This document shows, in pieces, positions 1-9,768 of a DNA stretch of 64,000 bases. Positions within the stretch are counted from its first letter, which is position 1; each line of letters opens with the position of its first letter. The notes under the pieces are model-generated. The model saw only the letters and a list, made by a program, of their open reading frames with translations, had not been told where the DNA came from and did not search any database. Position numbers and translations under genes: made by a program. Origin of the DNA: a virus; IMG/VR virus record IMGVR_UViG_3300033571_024432, positions 32,001 through 96,000 of that record; one strand, 5' to 3'.

Positions 1-1
1 A

Positions 2-1891
2 GATAGCAAAGACATAAATGAAATTAGATCACAAATTTCAAAATTTCGAAAAGAAAACGATTCAATTAAACAAACAAAACAATATTCTGAAATATTTAAT
101 GATATTGAATTACAATTAAAAAATGCTACTGACGTTATTACTGACGCAGCAAAGACTAAAAAAAGTTTTTTAGATAACAATTTTAATTTTTTAAATGATC
201 CTAAGATATTTGAAAATGATCCTTTTATTGATGAATTGTGGTGGAAAAAAAATGGATTTGATAATAAGACACATGTAAGTTTAGGTTGCATTTTAACATA
301 TATAGTTGGAAAGTTTATATTAAAAGTTAATACATTTGATGAAATACAATTGGTTTTTTATAATTTAAATGCAAAAGCAATTAGGGCTAGTTATTTAAAT
401 ATTGCGTCAATACCAGTTAATCTAGATAATTTTAAGCAGTGGATTCAAAAAACATTAAATCGTATCACAAAAATATCAGTTGAAGAATTAATAACTTTAA
501 TATTAAAAAGATGTGTAAATGAAAAAGCAGCAGATGTTTATGGTTTAAATCAATTTTTTATATATGATCAAAATGATTCAGCTGTATTTAATACAAGAAA
601 GAATCAGATTGAAAATAATGAAGATATTGATCAAAAAAAAGTAATAACTGAAGAGCAAAACAAAGCAGATATTCAACAAATAAATAAAAGTTTAAAAGGA
701 GAAATATTTAAACAATATTATGACTTTAAAATTGAAGAATTTGGTCGTGATACTACTGAAGAAGCAATTAAAAAAAAGTTGGACGAGTTAAATCAAGGAA
801 TATATGATTTAACATTTAATACACCAAAAGTAGTTATGAATTTTGATTCAATTTATCATGAGAACGATAAAAATATTTCAATTTTAAGAATACACTTTTA
901 TGATAATTTAGATAATCCGTATGAATCATTAACAGATGTAATCTCTTCAATACAAAGTGGTAATATTTCAAAAGCTTTATCTTCTATTCATACATACAGA
1001 ATGTCAAAATATCAAGGTAAAAATTCTGTATCAACAACAGATACAACAACAAGTACAAATGAACCTATTCAACAACAGCAATTAGCAAATGAAGCAAAAG
1101 AAATAATACAATATTTAATTTCAGAAAAAATAATTAAACTAACTAAAAAAAATAATGGTACAGAAACTCAAACAAACGATCTATTTGATAATAATTTATC
1201 AAGCATCAAAATTAATATAACAGATAAATTTGATAAAACAAATCAGTTTATAAATTTGAAACAAAAATTTAAATCTTATATGCCTTCATTGACATTAGGG
1301 CAAACTAGAAGTGCATTATTGAGTGGTAACATCACTACAAATCAAGATGCTAAGTATTCAACTGCTTTATTGACAAGACAAAGTGGTGAAGTATTTACTT
1401 CTCCTGAACAAGATGTTGATATAGATTTATTTAATGAGAGTAATGAAGCACCGATGTTTGTAATACCTTCACAGGCGTCTGCACAAATTATTGGCTGTCC
1501 TTTAATTAATTTTTCACAATTAATTTTTTTAGATTTTAATACAGGCACAACTGTTGATAATATGTATTTTGTAAATGGTATTAAACATTCAATTACACCA
1601 GGAAAATTTTCAACAGATTTAACATTGGTTCAAAACGATTTATACTCAAGATATGAATCACAAGCAACATCTATCGCACAATTTTTAATAAATCTCAGAG
1701 ATTTAAATGACGCTAATAAAAAAGATGAACTTAAAGATGCAGCAAATGCAAATATCGAAATGCAAAGAAGATCACCTAACTCAGGTTCAGAATCAAAAAC
1801 TGAAGATTTTATTGTTCAAAATCAAGAAGCAAATTACTTGTTTGATATTTACATTCAGTATGAAAATCATGCTGGAAATAATGATGATTAA
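2..1891 (+). CDS. Large virion protein, probable baseplate hub/tail protein (5' truncated)
   Basis: The frame is open from base 2 (DSKDINEIRS...). The C-terminal motif GCPLINFSQLIFLDFNTGTTVDNMYFVNGIKHSITPGKFSTDLTL resembles the C-terminal region of gp27/late-control-D-like hub proteins. Confidence 0.45.
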   Translation, partial: DSKDINEIRSQISKFRKENDSIKQTKQYSEIFNDIELQLKNATDVITDAAKTKKSFLDNNFNFLNDPKIFENDPFIDELWWKKNGFDNKTHVSLGCILTYIVGKFILKVNTFDEIQLVFYNLNAKAIRASYLNIASIPVNLDNFKQWIQKTLNRITKISVEELITLILKRCVNEKAADVYGLNQFFIYDQNDSAVFNTRKNQIENNEDIDQKKVITEEQNKADIQQINKSLKGEIFKQYYDFKIEEFGRDTTEEAIKKKLDELNQGIYDLTFNTPKVVMNFDSIYHENDKNISILRIHFYDNLDNPYESLTDVISSIQSGNISKALSSIHTYRMSKYQGKNSVSTTDTTTSTNEPIQQQQLANEAKEIIQYLISEKIIKLTKKNNGTETQTNDLFDNNLSSIKINITDKFDKTNQFINLKQKFKSYMPSLTLGQTRSALLSGNITTNQDAKYSTALLTRQSGEVFTSPEQDVDIDLFNESNEAPMFVIPSQASAQIIGCPLINFSQLIFLDFNTGTTVDNMYFVNGIKHSITPGKFSTDLTLVQNDLYSRYESQATSIAQFLINLRDLNDANKKDELKDAANANIEMQRRSPNSGSESKTEDFIVQNQEANYLFDIYIQYENHAGNNDD

Positions 1892-1915
1892 AAATTAGAT
1901 TAAGAAAGAATAAAT

Positions 1916-2692
1916 ATGATAAATAGTAATATTGATAAAATTGGTGAAATCAGAGGCATAAGTTTTGTATATACATTAAAACCTACATTAAATTTATTAG
2001 GATTAAAACCTAGCAGTGATAAACCGGTTAGCATTATAGTTAAAGGGACTGAATCAATAAATTTATCACTTTCTAATTTAGAAAGAATTAATAGTCTTGA
2101 TATAATTCCACCAGAATATCAAACAAACGCAACTAATTTATTAATTAAATTTTCAGCATTATTAAATCGTTGTTTTGTTATAGATAATAAAAGTTTTTAT
2201 GGTAATGAAAATATAGGTTCTTTTAAGTTACCATTTATATCTGGGTATAGAAGTGTAAATTCAAATGATAGTGTCGGTGGTGCACAAAATTCAAAACATT
2301 TAACAGGCGAAGCTCTTGATTTTAATTTACAGTATGCAGCTGACGCTATAGTTGATGTTATAAAAATTTCTTACTTAATTTTAAAAGATGTATATAAAAT
2401 AGATGATAATACTCTTAATAATTTATTTGATATTAAAAATAATAATACTAATTCAAATGAACCAAATATTTTTACATTTAAAGATCTAGCATATAAACGT
2501 CAGGTATTACAAATAAATAGTACAGATGTTGATTCATTGCCTAAAACATTTTTTGTTTATGAACAACAAAATTTTATACATGTAGATATTAGGAAAGAAG
2601 AAGAAGGAAAAATAATATTTCAAGCAAAAGAAAGACCAACCACTAGCAACATAAAAAAACCAACATCAAATAATGAGAATGATAATGATTAA
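1916..2692 (+). CDS. Peptidase M15A-like zinc peptidoglycan hydrolase (endolysin or tail lysin)
   Basis: Motifs SGYRS, VGGAQNSKHLTGEALD (SxH...D) and FIHVD. Confidence 0.8.
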   Translation: MINSNIDKIGEIRGISFVYTLKPTLNLLGLKPSSDKPVSIIVKGTESINLSLSNLERINSLDIIPPEYQTNATNLLIKFSALLNRCFVIDNKSFYGNENIGSFKLPFISGYRSVNSNDSVGGAQNSKHLTGEALDFNLQYAADAIVDVIKISYLILKDVYKIDDNTLNNLFDIKNNNTNSNEPNIFTFKDLAYKRQVLQINSTDVDSLPKTFFVYEQQNFIHVDIRKEEEGKIIFQAKERPTTSNIKKPTSNNENDND

Positions 2693-4124
2693 TAATTTAA
2701 AAAAAAATAAAGATTTTGTAAATATAATAAAAATTAACGAAACAGAAAATGATAAAATATTAAAAAAATTTTTAGAAATATCTGCGGATCATATTAAACC
2801 TGGATTATATATAAGTCCCCAATATGATTTTCAATTAATAACAAATGATATTCGTAATAAAATAGGAGCAAATGATTATATTAATTATTTAAATTCGATA
2901 GATGAAGAAACTGTATCACTTGCTGGAACAAATAAAAATAGTAAAATAACAAATACTAAAATTTTAAATGAAAAACAAATAGATAAAATTGTTGATAATC
3001 TTAATGCTTTTAAAAGTTTTGATACACAAAATAACCAAAAAAGATCATATTTCGATTTTATATTTCCAATGAGATTATTGAAAGATGATACACAACTTTC
3101 AGATGATGATTTTTTAAATTATGTAATGCAACCTATATTTTTAGTAATTAGAATATTTGATATATCAAAAAAAGTAGATATTGATGCAACAATATCAAAA
3201 GTAAAAGATAAAACAAATGTTAATTTTAATAGTAATGATATCAGAGAAATTGACTTAATATTAGAAGATAATTCTTCTAAATATGAAGTTTTCTTTTTAG
3301 TTAAAGAAGACAATAATATTATTTTTTATTCTGATGTTATTATGCAAAGCATTAATAATTCAACAAATATTAAAAATATTTTATATGCAGAAGAAACATA
3401 TTTTAAAAAAACAAAAATAAGTAAAAAAGATTCACCTTTCGATCATTTAGATATTAATATTTCTTTTGATGAAAAAAAAATAACATTATCAAGCAATTTC
3501 AATTTTTCAATTAGAAATAAACCATTCGAAAATAATGCAAATTATAGTTATGCAGAGTATTCAAGTAAATTTAAAATTAATAATTTTTTTAAAGCGGCAG
3601 CAAATAATGAACATGTTATTAATTTTAACAATTTCAAAATAAACGAAAATGACACTTTAATTCATAATAATTTATTTTTAGATAGTTATACAAAAGATAA
3701 AGATACCAGTGACGCTTTTGCTGAAGCTATAAAAAATAAAAGTACAGAAAAAGATATTCAATTAAGAAATATAACTCAGTTATATTATGAGTTAATTTCA
3801 TCTGATGATACTAGGTTATCATTAAGAAATTTACAAAAATTTAAATCAGAGATACGGGCTTGGAATAACATATGTCATATAATTACTAACAATAAGAATA
3901 TATATTCAAATTATTTTGAGTTGACAAATGCTAGTGCAGATTTATGGCCTATGGCATTTTCAACTGTAGGTATGAGAGGATATTATATTCTTACTTTGGA
4001 AGGATATATAAATGAAATATATGAAGGATTGAAAAACCCAATTAAAGAACATTCTATTGATTTAAATGAATTGTATAAGTATATTGTTAATAATATAATA
4101 AGATTAGATGTAACATTACTTTAA
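2673..4124 (+). CDS. Hypothetical protein (483 aa)
   Basis: Long ORF with no recognisable motif. Confidence 0.6.
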   Translation: MRMIMINNLKKNKDFVNIIKINETENDKILKKFLEISADHIKPGLYISPQYDFQLITNDIRNKIGANDYINYLNSIDEETVSLAGTNKNSKITNTKILNEKQIDKIVDNLNAFKSFDTQNNQKRSYFDFIFPMRLLKDDTQLSDDDFLNYVMQPIFLVIRIFDISKKVDIDATISKVKDKTNVNFNSNDIREIDLILEDNSSKYEVFFLVKEDNNIIFYSDVIMQSINNSTNIKNILYAEETYFKKTKISKKDSPFDHLDINISFDEKKITLSSNFNFSIRNKPFENNANYSYAEYSSKFKINNFFKAAANNEHVINFNNFKINENDTLIHNNLFLDSYTKDKDTSDAFAEAIKNKSTEKDIQLRNITQLYYELISSDDTRLSLRNLQKFKSEIRAWNNICHIITNNKNIYSNYFELTNASADLWPMAFSTVGMRGYYILTLEGYINEIYEGLKNPIKEHSIDLNELYKYIVNNIIRLDVTLL

Positions 4125-4143
4125 ATTTATATAGGTTTTTTTT

Positions 4144-5181
4144 ATGGATCAAGAATTGTATTCAATTTTTTTAGAAAATGAAGTATTTGTAGATTTTAAA
4201 AAGTTTTTTAAGGATTTAAAAACTGATTTTAATATGTTGAGTTTACCTAAGCATTTCATAGGAAGATATGAAGAAGAAGTTGATAAGATTGAAAATTTGA
4301 TTATTAAGAAGGATGAGAAAAATTATAGATATGTGTTTAATAAGAATAATGAGTTATTTAAAAAAATACGAGATATAAGAGTTGATAAATTATTATTGAG
4401 TATGTATAAAAAGATTGAGAAGCATGAAGGTAATATTTCTTTGTTGAATAGTTTTCGTGATGGTGATTGTATTGAATATACTAGATCTGAGATTGTAACA
4501 GGTAGATTGAGTATTAAGAATGGTCCTAAATTGATGAATTTGCCTAAAAAATATAGAAATATATTGAAAAGTCGATTTGATAATGGCGAGATTTTGATGG
4601 TGGATTATAAATCTTTGGAACCGAGAGTTGCAAGATATATAGTGGGTGAGAAAGCTGCAGAGGATATATATCAGGACATTTGTGATAGAATGGATTTTTT
4701 GGTTGATAGAAGTGTGATGAAAAAAGCTGTGATATCTGTGTTATATGGTATATCAGAGGAAAGTATGAATATTGGAGAATTGTCTCTAGATAAGGTTAGA
4801 GACATCAGGATGAAAGTTTTGGAGTATTTTAATATAAATTATATTCTTAAACTTGCGATGCAACAGAACGCATCTGGATATTATATGACTTATTTTGGTC
4901 GACCTATTCATTGGAATAAAGAAGAAGTTCATTTGAATCAAATTTTGAATGGTTATATTCAAGGGACAGCAGTTGATGTTGCATTATCAGGATTTTTGGA
5001 GTTAGTTAATAATTTCGATGATAAAATGATACCAATTGGATTAATTCATGATGCGATGTTGGTAGATGTAGCAGCAGAAAGTAAAAATTCTTTTGTAAAG
5101 TTAGTAAAAAATAATTATAATTATAATAACTTAGGTTACTTTCCTTTAAATATAGAAACTATTTCACAAAGAAAGAGTTAA
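4144..5181 (+). CDS. polA: Family A DNA polymerase, polymerase domain only
   Basis: TGRLS, NLP, motif A VDYKSLEPRV, motif B RSVMKKAVISVLYG, FGR, NGYIQGTAVD and motif C IHDA. At 345 aa it has no exonuclease domains. Confidence 0.85.
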   Translation: MDQELYSIFLENEVFVDFKKFFKDLKTDFNMLSLPKHFIGRYEEEVDKIENLIIKKDEKNYRYVFNKNNELFKKIRDIRVDKLLLSMYKKIEKHEGNISLLNSFRDGDCIEYTRSEIVTGRLSIKNGPKLMNLPKKYRNILKSRFDNGEILMVDYKSLEPRVARYIVGEKAAEDIYQDICDRMDFLVDRSVMKKAVISVLYGISEESMNIGELSLDKVRDIRMKVLEYFNINYILKLAMQQNASGYYMTYFGRPIHWNKEEVHLNQILNGYIQGTAVDVALSGFLELVNNFDDKMIPIGLIHDAMLVDVAAESKNSFVKLVKNNYNYNNLGYFPLNIETISQRKS

Positions 5182-5185
5182 TTTT

Positions 5186-5809
5186 ATGAATACAATGAAT
5201 GAAAATCAATTGACAGACTTATATACTACATATTCTGGTTATTTGAATAGATTCCAAGATGAAAATATTAATAAATTTTTAGAAGAAAATGGAGAAAGAT
5301 TATTGTTATCTACATATGGATTAAAAAAAGATGATCCTTATTGTGGACCAGGTGGTATTATGAAATATGCATTGGATTCTTTTGCAATTTCAACAAAAAT
5401 GTTAAAAGCAATTCAATTTGATGTGAATCAAGAAGAGATTTCAATCAAATCATTAGCATTAATTACATTATTAGGATTAATTGGCAGAATGGGTGATTTA
5501 GAAAATGAACAATTTGTCGAACAAAAGAGTGATTGGCACAGAAATAAATTAGGTCAATTATATGATTGGAATCCAAATTGTCAAAAAATGTCAATTCCAC
5601 ACAGATCATTATTTTTATTACAACATTATAATATTAAACTAACATATCAAGAAATGTTAGGCATTATTTGTTCAGAAGGTATGCATTTAGAAGAAAACAG
5701 ATTTTATGTAAATGATTTACCTATTGTTTCAAAAGTTGCTATGATGTCTTTTGATTTAGCTTATGAGAATGAAAGAAAATTTATTAAATTAAATAACGTA
5801 AATGTATAA
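5186..5809 (+). CDS. Degenerate HD-domain (YhaM-like) protein
   Basis: GPGGIMKYAL, LLGLIGRMGD (at the LLHDIGK position) and HRSLFLLQHYNIKLTYQEMLGIICSEG follow the phage HD-protein pattern, but the metal ligands are missing. Confidence 0.55.
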   Translation: MNTMNENQLTDLYTTYSGYLNRFQDENINKFLEENGERLLLSTYGLKKDDPYCGPGGIMKYALDSFAISTKMLKAIQFDVNQEEISIKSLALITLLGLIGRMGDLENEQFVEQKSDWHRNKLGQLYDWNPNCQKMSIPHRSLFLLQHYNIKLTYQEMLGIICSEGMHLEENRFYVNDLPIVSKVAMMSFDLAYENERKFIKLNNVNV

Positions 5810-5832
5810 AAAAATATATTTAATAATATTAG

Positions 5833-6039
5833 GTGATAATCATGAATCAAAATCAAATATTATTAAATATATTTAATCGTTTATTGGCAGAATCAGATTT
5901 AAATGAATTTTCTGCTTTAGGTGGTGGTGCAATCACAGGTTTTAGCTCACCTGCGCCATATATTATCGATAAAAAAAATCGAGTTAGAAAAAAAAGAAGA
6001 AAAAAATTATCTGAAATTGATTTCAACAAAGAGATGTAA
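5833..6039 (+). CDS. Small basic protein with LxE leader (candidate internal head protein)
   Basis: RLLAES-DLNEFS leader, Gly-rich GGGAITGFSSP, and basic tail KKNRVRKKRRKK. Confidence 0.55.
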   Translation: MIIMNQNQILLNIFNRLLAESDLNEFSALGGGAITGFSSPAPYIIDKKNRVRKKRRKKLSEIDFNKEM

Positions 6040-6041
6040 AA

Positions 6042-6254
6042 ATGCAAGAAAAAGATAAATCAAATCCACAACATTATAAAAATAAAGTATCTCCAATAGA
6101 TATAATTGAAATGTATGATTTGAATTTTAGTTTAGGAAATGTAATTAAATATGTATTGAGGGCTGGTAAGAAAGATGGTGAAAGTGATTATGATGATTTA
6201 AGTAAAGCTTTATGGTACTTAAATAGGGAAATAGATCGATTGAATTTAAAATAA
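6042..6254 (+). CDS. DUF3310-like protein
   Basis: NPQHY...IDIIE...FSLGNVIKYVLRAGKK...DLSKALWYLNREI is the characteristic DUF3310 pattern. Confidence 0.8.
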   Translation: MQEKDKSNPQHYKNKVSPIDIIEMYDLNFSLGNVIKYVLRAGKKDGESDYDDLSKALWYLNREIDRLNLK

Positions 6255-6357
6255 TAATATATAATATTAAAATGAATATTATATGAGTTTATTAAAAAAG
6301 TGTAATATTATTATGATATTAACAAAGATTCATATGAGTCAAAAGAAAGAGAATAAA

Positions 6358-7488
6358 ATGACTAGTTTTAAAAATATTTTAAATAATTTTTTATTTGAAT
6401 CTACAGATAATCCCAAAAGTATTGAAATGGATTTAGATAAAAGATATGAAAATGATATCGAATTAAAAGATATTGAATTTAAATCAAGTCCTGGTTGGTA
6501 TGAATTAGATATGATTATACACGACTTAAAAAAAATAAGTAAAAAAAATTTTATTTCTCCAGACAAAATATCAATTAATGATTTTTTATTAAGTAAAGGT
6601 TATAATCTATTAGGTAGTGGAGCTTATAGAGACGTTTATTCTATGAGTAATTGTCCATGGGTAATAAAAGTTGATAAATCACTTAGGGGTAATTATAATA
6701 CTAGGGAATTAAATATTTATTTTTATAAAAAAATGGGAACAGGAACATTAGGTTTATATCCTAAAATATATGCATGGGATAATACTGTAAATAAATTACG
6801 TGGTAAATTGATAAAAGATGATCAAAGTCCTGTTAGATGGATTATATTTGAAAAAGTAGTACCAATTAAAACCGTTTCAACTTTAAAAAGTATTTTTAAA
6901 CCTTTTTATAGAGATTTAGACTTATATTTAAATGAATTAATCAAAATAGGATTAGCTGAACATTCTATTTTTGATTATATTAATGATGATCCTGAATATG
7001 AAAAAGCTGCAGGATATACAACAGAAGATATGAATACAATGAATTGGTGGAAATTAATTTATGATAATTTATTACAATTAAAGAAATTCAGAAGAGTTTC
7101 AATTCGTAATATGAAAAAACATTTTACTGATCCTTCTTTATATAATCTTTCTCAAAAAGAAAATGAATTATTTTTCTCAAAAGGCAAAGTTAATGATACA
7201 AATATTAATACAACTTTTTTAAAATTTTTATTTAAGCAGATTCATCAAAGATATATCGAATCAGATGTGTTAGAAAGAAAATTTGTTAATATATCTTTTA
7301 AAATCTGCGATGATCTAGGTATTTTTAAATCATTTTCTCCTGACGTAGCTTATATTTATAAAGACTTTGCGAATGATATGTGGGAAGATATGCATATTAA
7401 AAATCTTGGTTATAGACCTCATATTTTAGAAAAATCATTAAATTCATGGGAATCTCTAGCATTTTTGGATTTTGCTGAGGATTATTAA
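6358..7488 (+). CDS. Atypical protein-kinase-like protein 1 with LxE leader
   Basis: G-loop LLGSGAYRDVY, VIK lysine, hinge IIFEKV, catalytic loop DMHIKNLGYR and LDF. The likely start is MTSFKNILNNFLFES at 6358; the ORF track starts at 6283. Confidence 0.75.
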   Translation: MTSFKNILNNFLFESTDNPKSIEMDLDKRYENDIELKDIEFKSSPGWYELDMIIHDLKKISKKNFISPDKISINDFLLSKGYNLLGSGAYRDVYSMSNCPWVIKVDKSLRGNYNTRELNIYFYKKMGTGTLGLYPKIYAWDNTVNKLRGKLIKDDQSPVRWIIFEKVVPIKTVSTLKSIFKPFYRDLDLYLNELIKIGLAEHSIFDYINDDPEYEKAAGYTTEDMNTMNWWKLIYDNLLQLKKFRRVSIRNMKKHFTDPSLYNLSQKENELFFSKGKVNDTNINTTFLKFLFKQIHQRYIESDVLERKFVNISFKICDDLGIFKSFSPDVAYIYKDFANDMWEDMHIKNLGYRPHILEKSLNSWESLAFLDFAEDY

Positions 7489-7520
7489 ATTATATATAAA
7501 TATTAAAGGTTATTATTACA

Positions 7521-8357
7521 ATGGAAATATTAAGAAAATATATCAATTTATTATTTGAATCATCTGGAAATTATAATATTGATAATGAAAAAGAATTATT
7601 TGAAACAATTAAAGCATTAAAAGAAAATAAAATGAGATATACAATCGAATATTCAAATTTTATTTCAGATGTTTTAGGATTTGATTTAATTGGACAAGGT
7701 GAAACAAGAACAGTTTATTCTAAACCTGGATTAAATTTTGTAATAAAAACAGGTGATAGAGAAAATTTAAGAGAAATTAGACACATTTTAAAATATAATT
7801 TAATTAATTTACCAAAACTATATGCATATGATGAAGATAAAGGTTATTGGATGATAGTAGAAAAAGTAGAGCTATTTAAAAAAGTAGATTCTGAATTTGA
7901 TCATACTGACTTCAATTCTAACGTATTTTTACAAATATTTCCAACTGCAAATGAACTTATAAATATAATAGAGGAGTTAATTCAAAAAGGTTTATTAGAC
8001 GAAAAAATATATGAAGGTTATTCTGAATATTATTATTTATCTTTTAATGAAAAATATTATTTAACTTACGATATTATACAAAAAACAATTGATGAATATA
8101 GCGTATCTTTATTTGAAAGCTTTCTATATTACTGTGAAGATTATTTTATTAATGTAGATTCAGAACAAATAGATAATATCAAATCAAAAATATCCAATAT
8201 TGTTACATCAGATATTGATTATTTAAAAAGTGTATTGAATAATACACAAATTATAGATATTCATATTGACAATATTGGATATAGAAAAAACGAAGAAAAC
8301 AAATATACAATTAAAGATCTAATTATCTTAGATACTGCTGGTATTCAACACACATAA
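7521..8357 (+). CDS. Atypical protein-kinase-like protein 2 with LxE leader
   Basis: LIGQGETRTVY, VIK, MIVEKV, DIHIDNIGYR and ILDT. Leader MEILRKYINLLFES. Confidence 0.75.
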   Translation: MEILRKYINLLFESSGNYNIDNEKELFETIKALKENKMRYTIEYSNFISDVLGFDLIGQGETRTVYSKPGLNFVIKTGDRENLREIRHILKYNLINLPKLYAYDEDKGYWMIVEKVELFKKVDSEFDHTDFNSNVFLQIFPTANELINIIEELIQKGLLDEKIYEGYSEYYYLSFNEKYYLTYDIIQKTIDEYSVSLFESFLYYCEDYFINVDSEQIDNIKSKISNIVTSDIDYLKSVLNNTQIIDIHIDNIGYRKNEENKYTIKDLIILDTAGIQHT

Positions 8358-8452
8358 AAAAATTAAAAAAACAACCCACCACCATCTAATACGTGGACAA
8401 AATAATATATAAATATAAAATTATAATAATTAATAACAAAAAAGGTTTATAA

Positions 8453-9640
8453 ATGCTTTATTTAAGAAAATATATTAAATTGTTATTTGAATCATCAGAT
8501 CTATCTGCACTTGAAAATAAATATTCATCTGAAATTATTAAAAAAAAATATCCTCAAAGCCATTATGAATTACATCATATAATAGATGAATTAAAAGACG
8601 TTTCAAAGAAATACGTAGGAAAAGAATGTTTAAACAAGTTAAAAGAAAAGATATTAGAAAATAACTATGAATTATTAGGTGAAGGTAATTATAGATCAGT
8701 TTATTCTAAACCTGAAGTGGATTTTATAATAAAATTATCAAGAAAAACTATAGAAGAAATTGACGATGATGTAGAAAAATATATAGAAGGTCAAAAGCAA
8801 TATAATATCGCTTTTCCAGACAGTCCTAAAAAATATAATGAAACACATTTTGATATAATTAGGAAAGCAAAAAAAGATACAGCTAGAGGAAATAGCATTG
8901 AATATAATAAAAGTTTGGAATATGGTAATAAATTTTTTACAAAGCAATATGCCGTTGATGAAAAAAATAATTATTGGGTTATTTCAGAAAAAGTAAATAA
9001 ACTGTATGGCAAAGATTTCGGAAAGTTTTTTCCATATTTGTATAACTTATATATAAAATTGCTTGTTAGTTATATAAAAATATTTTTTAGAATAGAAGAT
9101 ATAACAGAAGAAAAAGTAATGACTCATATTAATAGTGATTCATTTTTACAATCTTTTTTTCTTGCTGGAAAAGTAGAGTTTATGGATTCTATTTTTTCAG
9201 GATTAGAAAATAAAAGAATTTTTAATTTTAAAGATATTTTAAAACAATTTATATTTATTACTAACCCTTTTTGTGAATCTTCTGGCGTTGAATTAGTAAC
9301 AGCAATTCTTAAAGAAATCTCCGATATTGAACATTTAAAAGAATTAAATAAAGAAATATATAATATTCCTATAAGAAATGGTAATTATTTGTCAGGTATT
9401 GTTGAAGATATTATGTTAGAAATAGGAAATTTATCAAGTAATTTAAGTTATTTATTAAATGATATGTATACTGATTTAAATATGTCTCTTAATGATTTCC
9501 CAGATTTAACTTACTTGATGAATATTGTAATTAATGCAAATTTTAAAGATTTCCATGTAGATAATATTGGATATAGGAATAATGATATGAATAAAGAAAA
9601 GCCATGGAAAAATTTAGTCTTTTTAGATTATGGCAATTAA
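8453..9640 (+). CDS. Atypical protein-kinase-like protein 3 with LxE leader
   Basis: LLGEGNYRSVY, IIK, VISEKV, DFHVDNIGYR and LDYG. Leader MLYLRKYIKLLFES. Confidence 0.75.
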   Translation: MLYLRKYIKLLFESSDLSALENKYSSEIIKKKYPQSHYELHHIIDELKDVSKKYVGKECLNKLKEKILENNYELLGEGNYRSVYSKPEVDFIIKLSRKTIEEIDDDVEKYIEGQKQYNIAFPDSPKKYNETHFDIIRKAKKDTARGNSIEYNKSLEYGNKFFTKQYAVDEKNNYWVISEKVNKLYGKDFGKFFPYLYNLYIKLLVSYIKIFFRIEDITEEKVMTHINSDSFLQSFFLAGKVEFMDSIFSGLENKRIFNFKDILKQFIFITNPFCESSGVELVTAILKEISDIEHLKELNKEIYNIPIRNGNYLSGIVEDIMLEIGNLSSNLSYLLNDMYTDLNMSLNDFPDLTYLMNIVINANFKDFHVDNIGYRNNDMNKEKPWKNLVFLDYGN

Positions 9641-9665
9641 TAATAAAAAATTTTTATAAAAACTT

Positions 9666-9694
9666 TTGTAAAGTAATAAAAATAATATTATAAT
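9666..9694 (+). promoter_or_regulatory. Sigma70-type promoter TTGTAA-N17-TATAAT upstream of SSB
   Basis: TTGTAA at 9666-9671, 17-nt spacer, TATAAT at 9689-9694. Confidence 0.7.
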
Positions 9695-9768
9695 ATAAAT
9701 ATATATTAAATAATATAATTTAATTTAATATAAACATTTAAAAACTAAACATTTAAAGGAAAATTTAT

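Noticed and set aside
4144-5809. Z-genome (2-aminoadenine) cassette suggested by PolA next to an HD protein plus a MazG-like gene
   Set aside because: No PurZ is in the window, the HD protein lacks catalytic residues, and the MazG-like gene is 27 kb away. It cannot be supported here.
7495-8415. T4 late promoter TATAAATA upstream of kinases 2 and 3
   Set aside because: The same 8-mer also occurs upstream of SSB and inside the intron, and it is expected by chance at this AT content.
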